Assembly: GCA_030704615.1 (NCBI GenBank)
Contig: CM060733.1
Span: 70,184,001-70,248,000, forward strand
DNA from: Takakia lepidozioides
Lineage: Eukaryota; Plantae; Bryophyta
Direction of reading: 5' to 3'
DNA: 64,000 nucleotides
Shown here piece after piece: positions 12,570 through 30,581 of this stretch (positions within the stretch are counted from its first letter, which is position 1; each line of letters begins with the position of its first letter). The notes below the pieces were generated by a model, which was given only the letters and a program-made list of their open reading frames with translations, was not told where the DNA came from and did not search any database. The translations under genes and the position numbers were made by a program.

Positions 12570-15500
12570 CGTGCGACAACATCGATTTCCACTTCAAAGT
12601 GCAAGCCATGCCTAGAATAATGTATTGTTTTCATCTATAAGATTGAAGAATAAATGAGTAATTACTAACATAATCCACGCCAAAATGTTAATATTAAAGC
12701 ACATAGAACTACAAAAAAACAAAGCAACATGCTACTCATTTCAAGCACCTTTTCATCGGACCATGCTAGTCGTACATATGTTACCTCCCTCAAGTCTCTC
12801 CAGTGTATTGCTAATAATCCTGCGTTATATAATCTCCTGGCTAGCACCCCTGCTTCTCTAAGCCTTTCTAGCACAGGAATAGAGAAAAAAAAAATGAGAA
12901 ATAAAGTGAGACCTGAACAAAGACACATGGTTAATAAGAAACACAAATAGATAAATTTGCATATGATATAGTGTACAACTGTCATTATTGGGATACTTCA
13001 ACCATCACTCAGAGTACATTGGTGCCCATATTATGCATAGGGGGTTACAACACTTATATGTTGGAACTACTACAATATCAAAAGAAGATGGAGCTACACC
13101 AACATAATATATTACATTGTTTATAGATCGACCAAGTCATATTATCAAATTGTTGATACTTGATTAAAACCCTGCATTGCTTGACTTGTAATAACATAAA
13201 TCACATACTCATTTTTATTAAAAAACACAATCGGATATTATATGTAAATGTGTATTTCCAAAATCATAATGTCATTGGCTTCATTGTTGCTCTAGTTTGA
13301 CCATTCTTAGAAGCACGTTGTTTTAAAAGTTTTGTCAATAATAATCATCACCATTATCATGGGACTTGTAGTGTCCGTCCAAAACCTAAATTATGTAGAA
13401 GATTCCAAAGTTTCAACTCTCAAGTGTTTTAAGTTCATCCACTACCATCCACGATCAATGTTGTCATTTGGAGGGTTGTCTATTGACAACATATTGTCTA
13501 ATAATAAGTTTTTCTCACCAGACTAATATGGTTCAAACCATATAAGCGTAACCATTAAGCTTTAAGATATAGTTATATGTAATTTTATTTTGATATGTAC
13601 TTTAATGCATCTTAATGCCAACGTAAATGCTAATTAATGGCTATAACTCACATTTCAAATGATAACGAGAATTTAACTATATACTTTTAGTTATTTCTGT
13701 ATAGTAAAATATAAAAATATCAATTTGATAAGTATTTAATTGTATAAAATTATTATAATTAGATCAATCAATTGATACATGATCATAAAGTTTGACATCA
13801 CCAACTAGAAACAAATTCTATAAAACATGATATGGATGTAAAACATATAGATGCGATGTCACCTTCCTCAACCGTTGAGATTTAGTTTACACATTTGTCA
13901 TTGAACAAATAGCAGCTTTTAAGATTTTGAGTTGAATGACTTCGAGAATCCAAATGGTAGATGAGAACATGATATTACTTGTTTAATCTTGGTTTACTTT
14001 TTGAAAATATCTTACAATAACATTGGTGAGGTGAAAGAGATGACAAAGGACAAGTTTTCTTAGATTCACTTCAGTTTCCATAATTGCACCTTTTGAAGGA
14101 GATGGCAAAGAGTGGGGTTTGCTTTCTCTTGCCATAAGTTTTGCCACAACCCTAGAGCATTCAAAGGAGATGATAAAAGACAAGTTGTTGTTGTCCTTTC
14201 GAGTCTAACCCTCAAAGCGAAAGTCTTTTGCGAAGATGATGAAAGTCAATCGTTATGTATTAAAATGGACCAAAAACTGAGATGATTAAGTCTAAGTCAA
14301 AATCTCGCTCAAAAATGATATGAGAAGGTCGTCCAGCGAAGAAAACCATGGGGATTCCAGGCCCTACAAATTTCTCGATGCCTTGCCATCATCATCGACA
14401 TTATAGCTATCGCCAATGTCATAGACCTAGCCGACCAAAAAAAAGATGATATAGAATATGAGGACGGAAATATAAAAGGGAAAGACGTCAACATAGAATC
14501 TCTAGGAGAAAAAAGGATAAGATTGAGATCCAATATCGATGCCAATACAACAAATCACAATGTTTCGACATACGTACTCATGATAAAAATATACATTGAC
14601 CATATCTAGAATTGTGTGATCTTTGAATTGGAACTCTGCTCAATAGGTTTAAGCTATTTCTTTGGAAAGCTCCCACTAAAATGAGAAATTCCTCGATAGA
14701 GCTGCTAGTACCGAGTAAACTCATATTGGCTAAAGTGGGGAATAGGGAATGGTAGGAAACATTGGCATGGTGCTGACTAAACCTCCATAATATTTAACAA
14801 GTCGAGTCTTATGTTTGTCATATGGAGCACCAACACGTGGAGAGGGGCTCCATGACTTGACATAGGTAAAATACTACCTTCAATTCCTTGTATGTTTGGA
14901 CTGAACATACCAATAGTCACAAAATTCATATGGGCTACGTCGGAGTCCCTTTCCTCAACCCTCTTTCTCAAACGACATCTTTTCCTTAGTTTCAAATTTT
15001 GGATTGATAGCAAGTGTTGAAAAAATATAACATTTGCTTGACAAGTATGGAGTGTTGATGTATTTGACACAAATATTACCTACGTATTATATGTAGATAA
15101 TAAATTTTTAAATAATTCACTTTTATTTATATGATAAAAATTATTATTATTAATTTCTTTAAATAAATAAACAGGGGACATGGCCTGAATATTTTATCGA
15201 TGATAAAATTCGAAATGATGGTAATAAATTAAATTATATAACTAAAATTGGATTATTACTGTTATTATTATTAAATATAAACAGGCTGAAGCCAGCTCAA
15301 TTTTATTTGAAAGAGGGGGAAAAAGTATTGTTATTAACAATACATTTTTTTGATATATAGAATATATCTATAAGTATATAATAAAAATAAAAAAAGCCAT
15401 TTTTGTTATATAACTATAATTAGTATTATTTATTACCTTATCACAAGTTACAAAGATGAAGACAATTCTAGCCTCAGCCACCGCAAATGAGAGTCTCTTG

Positions 15501-15589
15501 TTAGTCTTAGGCTATCAAAAAGTAATTCGGCCCTGCATGAACTTGCTCTATCTACTGTACCAGATGTGGTAAAAGAAGTATGTACCAAC

Positions 15590-15810
15590 AGTCAGTAGCT
15601 TAGATGGTTAAGTGCATTGAGTGCCACCCAGATGATTCTGGGGTCAAATCTTGCTACTGATGGGTGTAGTATGGTTCCTGGGCGGTGTCCCACTCATTCG
15701 CCTCCATGGCGCATAAATGAAAGAGGTTATTTTCTCCTCTCACTACTAAGGGGGTGAGCTGGCGCTCCCAGGTGTTTCCCTTTTTTCAAAAAAACAAACA
15801 AAAAAACAAA
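15590..15810 (+). mobile_element. Putative tRNA-derived SINE
   Basis: A-box-like TAGCTTAGATGG, B-box-like GGGTCAAATC about 35 bp later, A-rich 3' tail; TSD not identified. Confidence 0.45.
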
Positions 15811-16541
15811 TCATGTGGGTTGTTAAGAGCCATGAGAACATCTGGTCAATCATCAAATGCAGTGATTGTTCAGCCAATTATTCTAGGATTTCTCAGAGCT
15901 AAGGAAAATACTTTCCTAGAGCTTTATGCCTTGAAACATGCATTTGGAGATTTGATATTTGGAGTTTGTTTGAGATTTTAGGCTTTTTTTTTGTAAAGTT
16001 TCTGGAATTTCGGCAGTTTTTCCTAAATTTTCACTTAATTATTAGGCAGATTCATTTCTAATTATTTAGTGCCGGATCAGCCTTCCCACTACGGTACATG
16101 CAGGATGTGCATTCCATGATTTTTTTGCGAGTCAATAATTGCATGCATTGAGCAATGCATGTGAAGAAATGGACCATTGTCTTGGTAATAATGAGCTGAT
16201 TCACTAGTATTTGCAATAAAACCTCAGATTATAATTTAAAAAAAACTCTATATAGCATGAAAGATTTGGGAATTTAATTCCTAGTACAATCAGGTCGACC
16301 ATAAGGACATTTGTACATTGCATGCTTTTTCCAGCAGAAGAACCTCATTTCATTTTTCATTTTTCAACGATGGAGGCAGGGTGGGAGTTTTGCACCCTTG
16401 TAAAATTTGTTTGAGGGCCACCTAATTGTGAAGAACTTTTTGAGGAATATCCAATCACATCGGAAAATTTTCATAAAATTTGATTGGGGAAATTTAATCA
16501 CTTTGATTTTAGCTGGAAAAGAAAAGAAAAGGAACATGAAA

Positions 16542-16631
16542 TGGATACAGAACAATCTAGCAATAATTTAAGAACTTAATGCAAGTGGATACAGAAAAAT
16601 CTAGCAATAATTTAAGAACTTAATGCAAGTG
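16542..16631 (+). repeat. 44-bp tandem duplication
   Basis: tggatacagaa(c/a)aatctagcaataatttaagaacttaatgcaag occurs twice. Confidence 0.9.
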
Positions 16632-16748
16632 TGCGATCTCTTACAACACGGTATGCCAGTTTTCAGCCCACACATATAGGGTGAAACTTAACCTAACACT
16701 GACCACGTGTCATTGTCTTGTAACTTCTCTCTTTGTCCCTGCCCTATG

Positions 16749-16919
16749 TCTTGAGCAGGTAGCCCAGTGGTTAGGTAGCCCAGAGGTTGGGTGTTTGTGC
16801 CTTGCCTGTGGGTTCAATCCTTCAACATGTTCCTTCAAACCCTCCATTGGGCCCTTGATGGCCTGTGTTGAGCAATAGGCTCTGTAAATTCACTGGTCGT
16901 TAAAGAAACTTTATCTCTA
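16749..16919 (+). mobile_element. Putative tRNA-derived SINE with 19-bp TSD
   Basis: A-box TAGCCCAGTGG and B-box GGTTCAATCC; flanked by direct repeats tctttgtccctgccctatg (16730-16748 and 16920-16938). Confidence 0.6.
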
Positions 16920-17573
16920 TCTTTGTCCCTGCCCTATGGTCTCGTTGTTACTTTAAAAATCTAGTAACTTAATTAACTAACCTAACAGGAGCCTTTGTTA
17001 CTTTAAAAATCTCGGACAGGGCTAGGCTGCTACGAGCGGTCCTCTCTCTATGAGCACACTGCTGCACTTTAGCAGCAGGTATTTGATCATCCTTCACTGA
17101 CTACAGTGTGTAGCCCTCATGGTGCAAAAGGGGGTTTTATTTTTTTCCCCACAATTTTGGAATAAATGCAATATTTCTGGGTAAAAAACAAAATCTAGTA
17201 ACTTAATTAACTAACTTTACAGGAGCCTTCCCCCTTGCTGCTGCGTTGGCAGTGAGAAATAGAAAGGAATAGCTAAGCTCTACCATAGGTTAGCTGCTGA
17301 CATGGAAAACCAGCTGTCATGTAGGATAGCTGCAGGCATGTGGGGACAGGTACACTTTGACCTAGCTGCCATGTCAGCTGCTAAGTTAAAAGTTAGCTGC
17401 ATGTGTGAACGGGCCATTAGGTTTTGTAGATCTTCTAGTTATAAATAAAAAGGTGGCATGCACAGGGCCAAGAAAGGGCCTCATTCAATGGGGCAAAATA
17501 TAACAACCCTTCGCAGAAGGTGAAAAAACCTGTGAGGAATTTTATCTACCTCAGCAGGGCCACACATATGGAT

Positions 17574-20550
17574 CTATGTTGTTGTCTGGGGTTTTCCTAT
17601 AGGATGCTCTCCCTTCACCAGAGTCTGCACGGCTTCAAGAACTACAGGCCTGAGTTTGAAGTTGGTTGCAATTATGCCCATCTCCAAATCCAAGAATCTC
17701 CCCCTTGAAAAGTCCAAGGGCTTTCCAGCGGCGTCAAAAACTGAACCTCCTGCTTCTGGTCATAAGACAGGCCACAGTTGACTAGGTCTTCAACTTTTCG
17801 CATATCCAGAAAATACCAGGACTTGCTGACTACAACCAAAAGCAAGATGAGGCAGTAGTGCTGCCACCGATAGAGTGAGAGACAAAGAGAGTGCCCCAGT
17901 AAGCTTTGGCTGGTATACCTGTGATAACAATGGAGCCTGCAGCATGATCCCATATTTTTTCTCGATACCCTGGGTGCGGAAATCGAAGATAAATCACAGC
18001 ATCTCCTCTTGCCATAACCCCATACTTTGCTTGGCTGTCTATCCTCACTGGAGGGGCAGAAACTCCCAAGACCTAAAAAATAAATGGTTGGGAGTAAGTC
18101 AATCCCAGTTGATGCATTGGAACTTGGAAAGTTGATGTCATAATCCTTCGAGCAGGTGTATACTGTCAGACAATGTCAACAAGTTTTCTTGTTTTACGAT
18201 TGAACAATGGACCATCGGTCCTGCCAAAATAACTTAGCGCAGTCAAGTTTCATAGACTGTTGTAACGGTTGAGACAGAGACATAGAGAGGGAGATGCAGA
18301 TGGCAATATGCCAAAAACCTAAATAGGACGATGTGAGCATGTAACGCATGCACTTCCCCTATGATCCTTCTACATGACTCCTTTTTCAAAGAAACCCAAT
18401 GGCAGGCTTACACGAGCAATGTTCGCTGTCAGATCCTGCATTGAATGTGCTGATTCATATGACTCACAAAACGTGGCCCATGCTGGATCCTCCACATTGC
18501 TTACATACACCTGCCATTCCGCCACCCCACTCGATTGCTTTTGGCCTTCTAGCATTTCTGGACCAATTACGCAAAGCCAACTCCAGAGTGACAAAGAGAA
18601 AGACAGAGGGAGAGATCTACAAATGGAAGACTAGCTTACGCACCCGTTTCGGCTGCACCATACCATCCAATGACTGCACAGTTGTGCCTGCACCTTTGCT
18701 CGCAGCAAACAGGCAACCAATGGGTTCATTTGAAGCAGCCGGGTTGGCTATGGAGGCCATGGGCAAGTTGGGGCACCCCAGGACCCCAGCAACGACTTCC
18801 CCATCGTCCAAGAGTCCCAAAGCCACTGCATACTGGTCTCCTCTCACAAAGCTGAAATGAGGATTGGATCCCAGTTAGAATGCCACAGATGCCATAGAAC
18901 CCCCTTCCCTTTCTCCACACCCATCCAACAATAAAAGCAATTAAGGTCTAACTTTCAGGTTCTCATACCTGAAAGCTTGCACTTCATCTGCATTTCCATA
19001 TCTCCCTTGGGTACTCCTTACCAACTGCTTTGGAATAGCCCCATTTGCTATCTCTGTCTTTAAGGATCATGTTTATAGAGTTTATGACACAACTACAATG
19101 ATGATGATGGATTACCCTCGTGTTCCATCAATGGGGTCCAAGACCCAATGCCGCCCTTTCGAACCACCTTCTGATTTTCCACGGTCAATGGCTACAAGCA
19201 CATCTTTCTTTGTCAAAGGGGCCACATCAAAGCTTGCATCACCCACAATAGTTTCGTTCACCAGTTGTGTGATACGTTCCAGCATTGGTGCTCCCATATC
19301 CGTCCGCAAATCCTCCGAATCCTGTCAACGAGGGATTGACACTATTAGCTACTAAGTATGTAGATTCACCAACTGGCCGTCCAGGCATCCAGTCTAAGAA
19401 GTGCATTGGAATTCACCCTGGCATATCTTGTTAGATGGCACAGTCGAGAGGAAGAACTCTACCACAGATTTGGATGGAAAAACAAAGCCTGCCCTTTTGT
19501 GGGACCATGTACAAGCATAGGAATAACACAACAGCACACACCACTGCCTGAATGCTGGCCTGACAGTTATTGCCAAGAAGTAAACCATGACAACCACCAC
19601 AACTTTTAACCTCCAAAATGGTCTGACTTCTACACAGAAAAGAAAAACGACGCATGCCTCTTCAGCCACCAAAGAGAATGAGCCTGGGGGCAGCTCGCGC
19701 TCCAACGCCCAGCTCACAAGTGCTTGCGAGCCTGCGAAGTGACCACATAAAAGTAAGGGATTACATGCTACGGCGTTCGTACAAGCCTGGGCGATTAGTA
19801 ATTCTTTTCCACAACGGTGAAAAGGTTGAACCATCATATACGTGGAACAGAATTGGACTTCCTGCACCTACAAACTAAAATTAGCCCTCCTATAAACCAC
19901 CATAGACCATGCATACCTACATAGGATGCCGGAAAGTCAGGCGCACCCTGAAGTACCCAGCTGGTTTTTGCACATTTGGGTGCGAGCAGCCTCCACAGAA
20001 CTTTCATAATTAGACACAAGGAAGAAAATTTGAGTCGTTGCAAGAGCCTGGACAAGGTCTCTTTGATCCAGGGTCTCATGTGGAGCTTTAGAATTATGCC
20101 AAAAAGTTTGAAAGATTGAGTTCTTGAAGTAATCATGACAGTTACTAGCAGAGAAACGGTGACATACCGTAATCGGCGACTGTGACAGGTGACTTGTCAG
20201 CTTTTGCTTGCGTTTCATTGGCCAATAGTCCCCTTTGCACCGACTGCACCCCCATTCCTATCAGCCTCTTGTCACTTTCCACACACACACTCCTCGGGGA
20301 AAATTGAGGCCAATCAAAACGGCTAGAATATATGAAAACTTAAGTAGAGCACAGGTTTCAGAAAAGTAGGGGGGATTGCCTGGCAAAGGCGCGATGCGAG
20401 TCGGACTGCGCGAACGGCCATCACCAGATCGTCATGGTAAGCTACCATAACTGAACTCCGTTGCCAGCCGCCAGTGCACCGTGTGATACTTTGCAGGGCT
20501 GGGCAACGATGATGGGCCGTGCCTACCCGACACCCTCGCGCCACCAACAT
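17574..20550 (-). CDS. SAL1: 3'(2'),5'-bisphosphate nucleotidase (SAL1/FIERY1, HAL2 family), 8 exons: 20550-20380, 20243-20168, 19731-19658, 19321-19116, 18851-18644, 18510-18412, 18072-17919, 17755-17574
   Basis: Spliced translation gives KADKSPVTVADYGSQALVS, LVAEEDSEDL, HWVLDPIDGTRGFVRGDQYAVAL, RIDSQAKYG, YREKIWDHAAG, EAGGSVFDAAGKPLDFSRG; N-terminal Arg-rich extension before a second Met. Confidence 0.92.
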
Positions 20551-20938
20551 AGAGCCAGCAACGTGAGACGCAGGTGAGCGCCGGGAGAAGAAGAAGACAA
20601 CAGTAATTCGTTCGTTACCGAGTCATTCGGGCGTTTCTTTTATATCATTCGCTCGTCAGGTTATGACGTTCGTTTATGCACGAAAATTTTCGTTCGTCTC
20701 TCGCTCGTTGATGTGCAGGTTGGTTCGCTCGCAGGGTCTCCTAGGGCTCGTCTCTCTACTTGCGTTGAAGCCCTGGCGTTCCCCTTCTGTGAAAACCATG
20801 TACACCTGCGGAGAGGCCAGCAGCTGCGTTTGCAATGCAGAATGCATCCTACTGTGGAGGTCATCATGATGTTTTAACAGTCTGCCAGGAAGGAAAGGGG
20901 CCAGAAACGGTGGAGCTTTGGCAGGAACGCAGTTAGGC
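20551..20938. promoter_or_regulatory. Short shared (bidirectional) promoter and 5'UTR region between SAL1 and ARF-B1
   Basis: Divergent start codons only about 390 bp apart; CG-rich relative to flanks. Confidence 0.55.
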
Positions 20939-24892
<3,954 letters not shown>

Positions 24893-25499
24893 TGGGAGGC
24901 AGTCCAGGGTGCAAGGACCCACCCCTTCGTGTTTATAATCTGTAACATGGATGGCCATTTGTTTTGAGTCATTTTAAGCTGAAACTGTGTGCTCCATGTG
25001 CAGTGGTGTGGGGATCAAATGGCCAGATGGGCTGGGATTTGGTCATTTGTAGGGAGCAGTGTTCTGTAAAACTGCTGGCTAGCCCTCTAGTGTTATGAAA
25101 GGTGGCAGTTGATCTAGCCACACAGACATGGTCTGTCGCTGAAAACTGACCGCTGACTGAATCTTGGCAATCACCAACTAGGCACTTCACTTTGTGCTTA
25201 CTATATTCCCAACTCATGTTGGGATGTGCCCTATCTTCGATGCAAATGTACTGTCGGTTGTACCTCCATATTTCATAACCAGCTGAGGCCCTTTTTATAA
25301 GGGTGTGCAACAGACCTGGCACTCATTAGGTTTTTCTAATTTTTTTGGATGAAGCAGTACTGATTCGATTGTGTGCAAGGACTTTAGGTACTTGTGGTAT
25401 TAATGTATGCATGCTAGTGATAAGTGGTTGTTTCCCCAAAGAGCAGGTTTCATTCGCGCGGACCCTCCGACTTCTGCTCAAAGATTTGGACTTACGAGA

Positions 25500-26400
25500 G
25501 TCGCGTAAGGTGCCCACATATGCATCCCATTGAGGGTCGATAATCGCCTATTCCAGACCCGCCCTCACAGTCACCAGTCGATCCACCATCAAAAAGTTTG
25601 TGGCAAAGCGGGTTTCACCCGGGTTCCTAAGGCTGTATTTGGGTTCATGCTTTCTAAACAATGCCAGGGGGATGTGATGTGTACGGATGAACGTCACAAT
25701 CGACTTTGTCTTTTTTACTAGCTGTTTCATCCATGATTTTTTTTTCCAATTCTTCAAAATGAGATCAAAGATATGAGCAACTCACCCTTGGTAATATAGA
25801 TGGGGATATCGTACCATCAAAATATCGGCCATATTAACCATGTTAGATGCATTGTCTGTGCATACTTGAAATTTTATTAGTTCCAATTGTATCGATGAAA
25901 TTCGTCAACAACCTTGCTTGATAACGTGCATCTTTTTTCTTTCCGCTTGTGTCAACGGATCCCAAAAATTGTTCCCCCGCAGGACAGACCAGCATGACAT
26001 TGAACAGTGGTCGATTAGTAACAGAACTCCAACCGTCCGCACACATAGTGCTTCCATATTTCCGGAGAGAATCACCTGTCTTTTCATTCACCTTTTGGGT
26101 GAGGTCAGACATAGCCTCTTCTAGCAATCATGTGCGGAGATCGCGATAACTCGCAGGTGTGTATGTGGACTTGGAATCGGACGTGGCTTTGACAGCAGTC
26201 ACAAACGCAGGAAGCCTCGAGACATTGAACGGAATATTGGCCTCGTAGAAAAATTGGGCCCACCTCTTATCCAGAGTCTTCCTGTGAGACAAATTTAAGC
26301 ATTCTTGCATTGATTGTTGTCTCAATGGTCTGGTCCGTACAAGTGCTGGCGTACAATCGAGTGTTGCTCCTGACCCACCGGCTTCTCCACGAACATCAAT
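25500..26400 (-). pseudogene. hAT-family transposase fragment (DUF659-type)
   Basis: WAQFFYEANIPFN, YGSTMCADGWS...RPLFN, FLGSVD, PGETRFATNFLMVDRL; stops and frameshifts, both ends missing. Confidence 0.85.
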
Positions 26401-26420
26401 TAAAAATAAATAAATAAAAT

Positions 26421-26656
26421 ATGCGACCACCCCCCTGCTGGTGGTCGCATCTATTAAAGAAAAGGAAAATGGTGCGACCACCAGCAGGTGGTGGTCGCAC
26501 CTATTTTTTTTAAACAAAATTGCTATGACCATCCCTCTGCTGGTGGTCGCAGCTATTAAAAAAAAGAAAAATTCTGCGACCACCCCCCTGCTGGTGGTCG
26601 CACATAATAAAAAAAAGAAAAAATGATGCGACCACCCTCTGCTAGCGGTCGCAGCT
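26421..26656. repeat. Array of five about 30-bp hairpin units (TGCGACCACC...GGTGGTCGCA) with A/T-rich spacers
   Basis: Units at about 26421, 26472, 26525, 26574 and 26627. Confidence 0.9.
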
Positions 26657-27233
26657 ATTACTAGCGTGCGTAGTCATGATGACAGCGCGCCCCGAGTGTA
26701 GATGGGGCTTATAAGGCCTTCGAGGCCATTCTCTCCTTCATTTCTCTCCACACCAGGACTTGGTGGGCGATGGGATGTTGCATTCCTTGTCGTTGAGTCC
26801 GAGTGGAGAGGGGTGCTATTGGTTGGGTGGGGGGTATTTTTGGCCGTTGGTTTCTACGAAGTCGATGCTGAGTACTTCCCAGGAAGCCCTCTTCTGGCAC
26901 CCACGTTTTTTTCATTGCACATTGCATCATATCACTTAGAACTGCGGAGGGAGTGACACGTGCCTCTAGTACTGGGGAGGATTCATTAGGGAGTAGGATT
27001 AGGTACGATTTAGGAGGTTTGGGAAAGCATTTTTCTTAGCAAACACCTGTCGAGTTGGGGTAAGCCAGAGTCATAAATGGCAGAGGAGGAAGACAGAGGA
27101 GGTCATCCCAGGGATGAAGATAATGAACTTGGACCTCCAAAAAAAAAAACTGAAAGGGGCCAGGCGCGAACTTCGTTGGGACATATACAGTGACCCCAAC
27201 ATTCTTGCGGAACCAAGTTGGGAAGTTTAGAGG

Positions 27234-28720
27234 TTGGGGCAGAGGTGGTCGCTTGGTGATTGTAGGAAATTTGTGGACTGGTGTCACATAAATCGTTTGT
27301 GGCCCAGAGATAGGCATGAGCCACAAACCAAACAAAATCAAGCTAGCTTACATTCCTGCGCCAACCCGCATTTCCGCCACATGGCAGAAGAGGTACATAC
27401 AACATTGTGGGGTCAACCGCTCGTCAACAACAAGGTCCCGTATTTATTTACGGCCATGTTGTACACAAAGTTGATTTTATTGCGACCAGTGGATTGGCAA
27501 ACTGCCACTACGAGACAGCGTACTAGACTATACATGCTCTTTGATATCCCAGACTTGTATATACGTGAGAGGCAGGACATCATACGATTGGATGAAAACA
27601 ACGAGGTGGAAGAAGGAGGAAATGCAGACGCACTGGTGGTGTGGGAGGTGCAGGGGGACCAACCTCCAGAATATACGCCTCAACAGGTCTCCACAACCGG
27701 GCCTTCAACGTCTGAGGTGGAGGGGGGCGAGGTACGCTCTCCGTTGGACTCCGTTGGAGGAACAGTTGGCCGCACAGGAACAACACATCAAGGACCTGCA
27801 AGACATTGTTCATTTGCAACGGTGGCAAATAGCGAAGTTGTTGGAAAGAATGGGATTGGGGACTCTCGACAGCGTACGCGGTGTGCTTCAGGACCCGAGG
27901 CCAATCACCAACGAGCAAGACATATTGGCGCGTTTGGATATGCCAGCAATGGACATTGACCGCGTCATCGACGGGGTTGACTCAATCGGGCATGGGAATG
28001 AAGTGCAAACGCCTGAACTGGACCCAGCGACGGTTGAAGAAGAAAGACTTGCGGCGGAGAGGGCAAGAAAATGGAAGGACCCCATAGTGGAAACTGGGGA
28101 ATGTTCAGCCGTGCAAATTACATCGGCCCAGGAACAGGTATTAGAGCAGCTTATGGGGGAACGTGACCAAGCTAGGGTTGTTGCATATCGGTACTCAAAT
28201 GTCATGCAAATCCGATCGTGGCCATGGTTGAAGGGGAATTGGCGGAATTGGGTGACATGGGCAGGCCATCTAGCATCGCGGGAAACACGGATAGAAGAAG
28301 CACTATCCTCCCTCCAAACGTGCAGTGCGTTTGTCGAATCGAAGCGTAGATAGCATCTCTACTAATTTGCAAAAGCACCACACTGTGCGTGATGTATTCA
28401 TGTCAAAGTACACTGGATTCACCACATGGGCTGATGTGGATGCCATGTTTGAGCATTGTGTACATACAATTTCCGATACCAATAAGAGCATAAATTGGGA
28501 ATTGGAAGTAGAGGAGGAGTGGGACAACAGGCCGAGGATGTCATCCGGCATTCATGAGGAATCGCGGACGTGGATATCACGGAGCAATCCACCGTCATGG
28601 GTAACAGATGGTACAGTGTGCACAATGTGCCTAAACCCTTACGGACCGGAGAGAGGCTATATGCTTGGTTCATGTGGCCATTTGTTCCACCCCACATGTC
28701 TCATATTGGCAGGCATCTAG
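27234..28720 (+). pseudogene. TE-associated coiled-coil protein with truncated C-terminal RING finger
   Basis: Overlapping ORFs 27234-27959, 27541-28353 and 28325-28720; ends CTMCLNPYGPERGYMLGSCGHLFHPTCLI (RING-H2-like, last CxxC missing). Confidence 0.5.
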
Positions 28721-30581
28721 AAGCCACTACTTCCAACAACCAAATAGGCTCTAAATTATGACTCCAGGAGTCCAGCAAGCAAATAGCTGCATAGTCATAG
28801 ACTTTCCCAGCAATAATTGTCTAGCACAATTGTCATGCTTCGTTAGATGCACCCAAGCTACCAGCCAATTAGACTATTTACACCAAAATGCACATGTACT
28901 TGGTTAAGTGCCTCTACAGACTGGACAAAGAGATTAGGAGCAACCCACAGCATAAGAGGGGTAAAGCACATCAAGTGTAACAATTTTGGGAAATGATCCC
29001 TTATATCTGTGTTTTCCAACAGCCGAACTTCACCAGAACCAGGCACTCGAAAAAAGCGAGGGTAGAGATCAGGTATATTGACAGAATGCAGGGTGCCATT
29101 CAACATGGCCTTGACCTGAGGGCCCACCAGGCTGGTGTTTCTGTTGACCCCTTTTTCAACATACTGAGCTAGTTCCTTCTCTTTTGGTCGGTCACGGTTA
29201 AATTCCCACCAAGAAATGAAAGCCAGGTCATCACCATCAATAGAGCGTATCAAGCTCTACAGTGTGTCAGGTGGAATCAGCCAGAGAGCAGCTGCATCTG
29301 GTTCACAACATATGATCTATACATCACGTGGGTCATAACCAGCCAGTATGGAATAGCTCCCACTTGGATAAATATCCAAGGAGTGAATATGGCACAGGCC
29401 TATTTGATAAAGTTTGAATATTCCACCCGCTGTTTTGACTTCAATGCCTCCATGGACATCTTGGATGGGATTCACATTGTTGGTTGGGTTACCACTGCTA
29501 TAGATCCAGGGATGCCTCGGCGTGAGCCTGGTCACGTGAGCGCAACTGCGCTCACGCCACGTCACCTTGCGCAAATGCCACGTCACGGGGCTCACTCCAC
29601 GTCATCACACGTGAAGGCCGCGTCACCACGCGCCCAGAAAGAAGTGGAGTGTATTCCCGCGGATTGACACCCTTTACCGCGGAAACAAGCTGGACGACAT
29701 AATAAAAGGCATTGAATAAAGGATGGATGAATGTACAGTTTGGATGATAAACAGATGGATGAGTGTGAAAAATGAATGTAGATGGATGAATGAGGGATGG
29801 ATAAGAGTAAAATGGATGAATGTATAATGGATGTTGAGCAATGACAAAAATTCATGACAGGAAGATGCATGACCAAATCTTTTGACGAATACACCTCGTA
29901 TATGAAATGAGTGTGGAAGGTTTGTGGGGTGGATTAAAGAGTACAGAGGATGAATGTACAATGGATGTTGTACAAAGGAAAAAATTCATGAATGGAGCAC
30001 GCATGAATACAGTGTAGATGAATGCACAATGGATATGAGAAGAGTCAGGGAGATTTGTGAGATGGATTCATACATATCGCAATTTAAACGAAAGTTGATT
30101 CTGTGATTATTATTTGTTCTAAAGGAACAACTACGGTGGAGGAAGGGGATTCAACGTTTTCCAGATAATATGAAAATGAATATTAAAAGAATACAGTTCA
30201 GTCTGACTCAGAGTCAGTACAATGTATCCCCGCTTCCTCTGCATCTAAGTCTAAGTATTTTAGAACACCAGATCCACGCTGGATACACCTACGGCTGGCC
30301 ACTAAAAAGTCAGGGGATAGGGACTCGGCCGCGTGAAGTGCCATTGCCTCGGCATAAACAGGAAGAAGAAAATTGGAAAGGGGGCTGTCGAAAACAGACT
30401 CGCCAGAAATGACTGTATCTCCTGAAGATCCACCGCTGCCTTTCCTGAAAGACAGCCTGAAAAAGTTATTACTGTAACTTTGATGTTATCGAGAAATTGA
30501 GTATGACTCCCAAAGAGGGTTTAGCACTTACTCACATGAAAAGTTGTTGTCGACCTGCTTATCTTCGGGATCGTCATCATT

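Noticed and set aside
9800-15500. Short ORFs in the AT-rich interval
   Set aside because: No supportable protein motifs; probably old TE debris.
26421-26656. CRISPR-like repeat-spacer appearance
   Set aside because: Spacers are short low-complexity A/T runs, repeats vary and invert, there are no cas genes, and the context is eukaryotic.
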